Shown: one piece after another, positions 38,694-40,457 of the stretch
Numbering within the stretch: position 1 is the stretch's first letter
Layout of the letters: each line of letters starts with the position of its first letter
DNA from: Methanobacteriota archaeon
GTDB lineage: Archaea > Halobacteriota > Methanosarcinia > Methanosarcinales > Methanogasteraceae
DNA: 40,457 bases
Reading direction: 5' to 3'
Assembly: GCA_048634345.1 (NCBI GenBank)
Contig: JAIWAP010000003.1
Span: 1 to 40,457, forward strand
Program-made: the position numbers and the translations under genes
Notes under the pieces: model-generated
The model's database searches: none
What the model was told of the DNA's origin: nothing
The model's input: only the letters and a program-made list of their open reading frames with translations

Positions 38694-39557
38694 ATGACGT
38701 GGCACAACGATAACCATGGACCCAGACCTGAATCAGAAGGTGTATCAGAACCTGAATTAGAAACTAAGATCGCACATATACTCATTAACCGTATCATGGA
38801 TTCTGTGCGGCTGTGTATGTATGGCTGCGATGGCGTCGCGTTCTCTGGCGGCATCGACAGTTCGCTCATCGCATCTGTTGCGGCATCGATGAACCCAGGG
38901 ATTGAATTGTATACAATCGGAATGAGCGGCTCCCATGACATAAAACAGGCAGAACGGGCGGCAACACTACTTGGACTGCACGACCGACTGCACATCTGCG
39001 AGTGTACTCTGGCAGATACCCGGTCCGCGCTCCTGCCTGTGATGCGCGCAATCGGAAGCACAAGTCCGGTTGCGGTCGGAATCGGTCTGTGCATGTACTT
39101 TGTATCAAGATGTGCGCATACACACGGAGATTCGGTGCTGCTGACCGGTCAGGGCGCAGACGAGTTGTTTGCCGGATACAAGCGATATGAACAGATGTTT
39201 GATGAGGGGGGGCTTGACCGCGAGCTTAAAAAAGACCTGCTTGCACTCCCTGATCAGGTTGCGCGGGATGCGGCGGTTGCGCAATTAAGCGGTGTGGAAC
39301 TGCGCATGCCGATGCTCTGTCCTGACGTGGTGAACCTCTCCTGCAAGATCGATGTCAGACTCAAGATCCGCAAAGGGGATGGTTATGTACGAAAATACAT
39401 TCTGCGGAAGGCGTCTGAAGAGTATCTCCCTGCAGAGCTTGCGCGGGCGCCAAAGAAAGCAGCACAGTACGGTACCGGCATCCAGAACGTGCTTCGCAGG
39501 ATGGCGCGCCGGGACGGAGTTACTCAGGAGGATTTTTTGCGCGGGATGCTGCCATAA
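38694..39557 (+). CDS. Asparagine synthetase C-terminal (PP-loop ATP pyrophosphatase) domain protein with no glutaminase domain
   Basis: VAFSGGIDSS, LLTGQGADELFAGY, ELRMP, RKYILR, PKKAAQYGTG. There is no N-terminal Cys/Ntn domain. Confidence 0.85.
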   Translation: MTWHNDNHGPRPESEGVSEPELETKIAHILINRIMDSVRLCMYGCDGVAFSGGIDSSLIASVAASMNPGIELYTIGMSGSHDIKQAERAATLLGLHDRLHICECTLADTRSALLPVMRAIGSTSPVAVGIGLCMYFVSRCAHTHGDSVLLTGQGADELFAGYKRYEQMFDEGGLDRELKKDLLALPDQVARDAAVAQLSGVELRMPMLCPDVVNLSCKIDVRLKIRKGDGYVRKYILRKASEEYLPAELARAPKKAAQYGTGIQNVLRRMARRDGVTQEDFLRGMLP

Positions 39558-39728
39558 AACCCAGTCCCGCGATGTTAACTATTGATGTGATAACAGTTCA
39601 CCACCATGGAATATACCAGATGAGGCTGCATTCTTCTTCTCCGGATGGAATGGAGGTTTCAGTCGGTATTGTTCTCGTTGATCCGGAGACACTGGCAGGA
39701 TGGAAATGTTTATATGTGATTAACACAT

Positions 39729-39778
39729 TTACTAAATTTAGTAATACTTCATGTTGCTAATACTATATAAAGTATTAC
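39729..39778. promoter_or_regulatory. Palindromic operator-like cluster overlapping a TATA box upstream of the 88-aa ORF
   Basis: Perfect palindrome TTACTAAATTTAGTAA (39729-39744); TAATACT-atataa-AGTATTA (39758-39777); GTAATACTT/AAGTATTAC inverted pair. Confidence 0.55.
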
Positions 39779-39800
39779 AATAAGGAAAGAGGTGCAATGA

Positions 39801-40067
39801 ATGATAGAACATGTTGAACCCGTTAAAGTGCAGATGCAGCTTGGTGAGCTCGATCTCACCGGCATCGACAAAATAGCCGAAGACGCTGTGGACTTCATAA
39901 ACAACGGTCAGATGAATGTGAGACAGGCATCAGCCTGGGCTATCCATCATCTTGAGGATCCATGGGGATTTCCGTCGCTCAACACGCTGTATCACCAGAT
40001 GGTTAACCGGTTAGAGAACAACTTCGAGGCAAAGCGGGAACTGGTTACATACATTCAGAGGTGGTAA
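39801..40067 (+). CDS. Hypothetical protein (88 aa)
   Basis: GAGGTG SD, upstream TATA, and a downstream hairpin plus T-run. No recognisable family. Confidence 0.7.
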   Translation: MIEHVEPVKVQMQLGELDLTGIDKIAEDAVDFINNGQMNVRQASAWAIHHLEDPWGFPSLNTLYHQMVNRLENNFEAKRELVTYIQRW

Positions 40068-40080
40068 AACCTCGGAATAG

Positions 40081-40117
40081 GTGTGTCGATCAATTCGGCA
40101 CATCCGTTATTTTTTTT
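40081..40117 (+). terminator. Hairpin plus oligo-T putative terminator
   Basis: gtgtgtcga-tcaat-tcggcacat followed by T8, just after the 88-aa ORF. Confidence 0.5.
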
Positions 40118-40194
40118 CTATCCTTGCGGACGTGGCACTGATCCGGTGTGGGATATTATCCCACAAATCATGAAATTCGTGTTATATTTTTGTT

Positions 40195-40457
40195 GTATGT
40201 GTTTAGCTCCCCCACATAACCACCCCTTCCACGGTTCTTCCGGATCGATCTAAAACCCATTCTCGACCACAAAACTTCTATATTATTACTGTAATAGCCT
40301 TCCAAGAGGACTATGGACAAGGACGCAATCATCAAACAACTTCAAGACGCTATTGACCAACTTAAGCGTGAGAACAAGTCGCTTAAGACCTGCATAAAGG
40401 AACTCGAAGCCAAACTGGCTATGCATGATAACGCACATACCCCGCCAAGCCTGAAGC
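40195..40457 (+). mobile_element. Left end of an IS66-family element with the transposase N-terminus (runs off the window)
   Basis: Putative TIR GTATGTGTTTAGCTCCCC at 40195. The ORF from ATG 40313 reads MDKDAIIKQLQDAIDQLKRENKSLKTCIKELEAKLAMHDNAHTPPSLK: a coiled coil plus NxxxPPS, typical of single-ORF IS66 transposases. Confidence 0.75.

Overview
This window looks like chromosomal DNA from a Methanosarcinales archaeon. An ANME-2-like anaerobic methanotroph is the best guess, inferred from mer-fpoF, fae-hps, a Methanosarcinales-type S-layer domain, and a VhtC-like cytochrome b with no hydrogenase genes beside it. Most of the window is housekeeping and C1-metabolism genes: nadM, fpoF, mer, ogg, eIF5A-speB, ABCE1, fae-hps, mptD, cdc6, radA, AOR, scpB, pyrBI, artA-psd-pssA and a cis-prenyltransferase-like gene. 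Decayed mobile DNA is scattered between them: a doubly frameshifted hisF pseudogene, two 5'-truncated group II intron copies, a 254-bp MITE with 16-bp TIRs, dispersed hairpin repeats, and the start of an IS66 element at the right edge. The best candidates for new biology are: (1) a seamless fusion of homoaconitase small subunit (HacB) with a SAM methyltransferase, translationally coupled to the orphan VhtC-like cytochrome b; (2) a catalytically degenerate FwdB/FwdD pair in an operon with a pterin enzyme and an orphan Mo/W ABC ATPase; (3) a membrane protein + MoxR-like AAA + degenerate-MIDAS VWA operon; (4) a three-copy repeat whose hairpin covaries between copies; (5) a possible structured ncRNA upstream of pyrB. 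I saw no CRISPR array, tRNA or rRNA. All family assignments come from recognising motifs by eye; no database searches were run.
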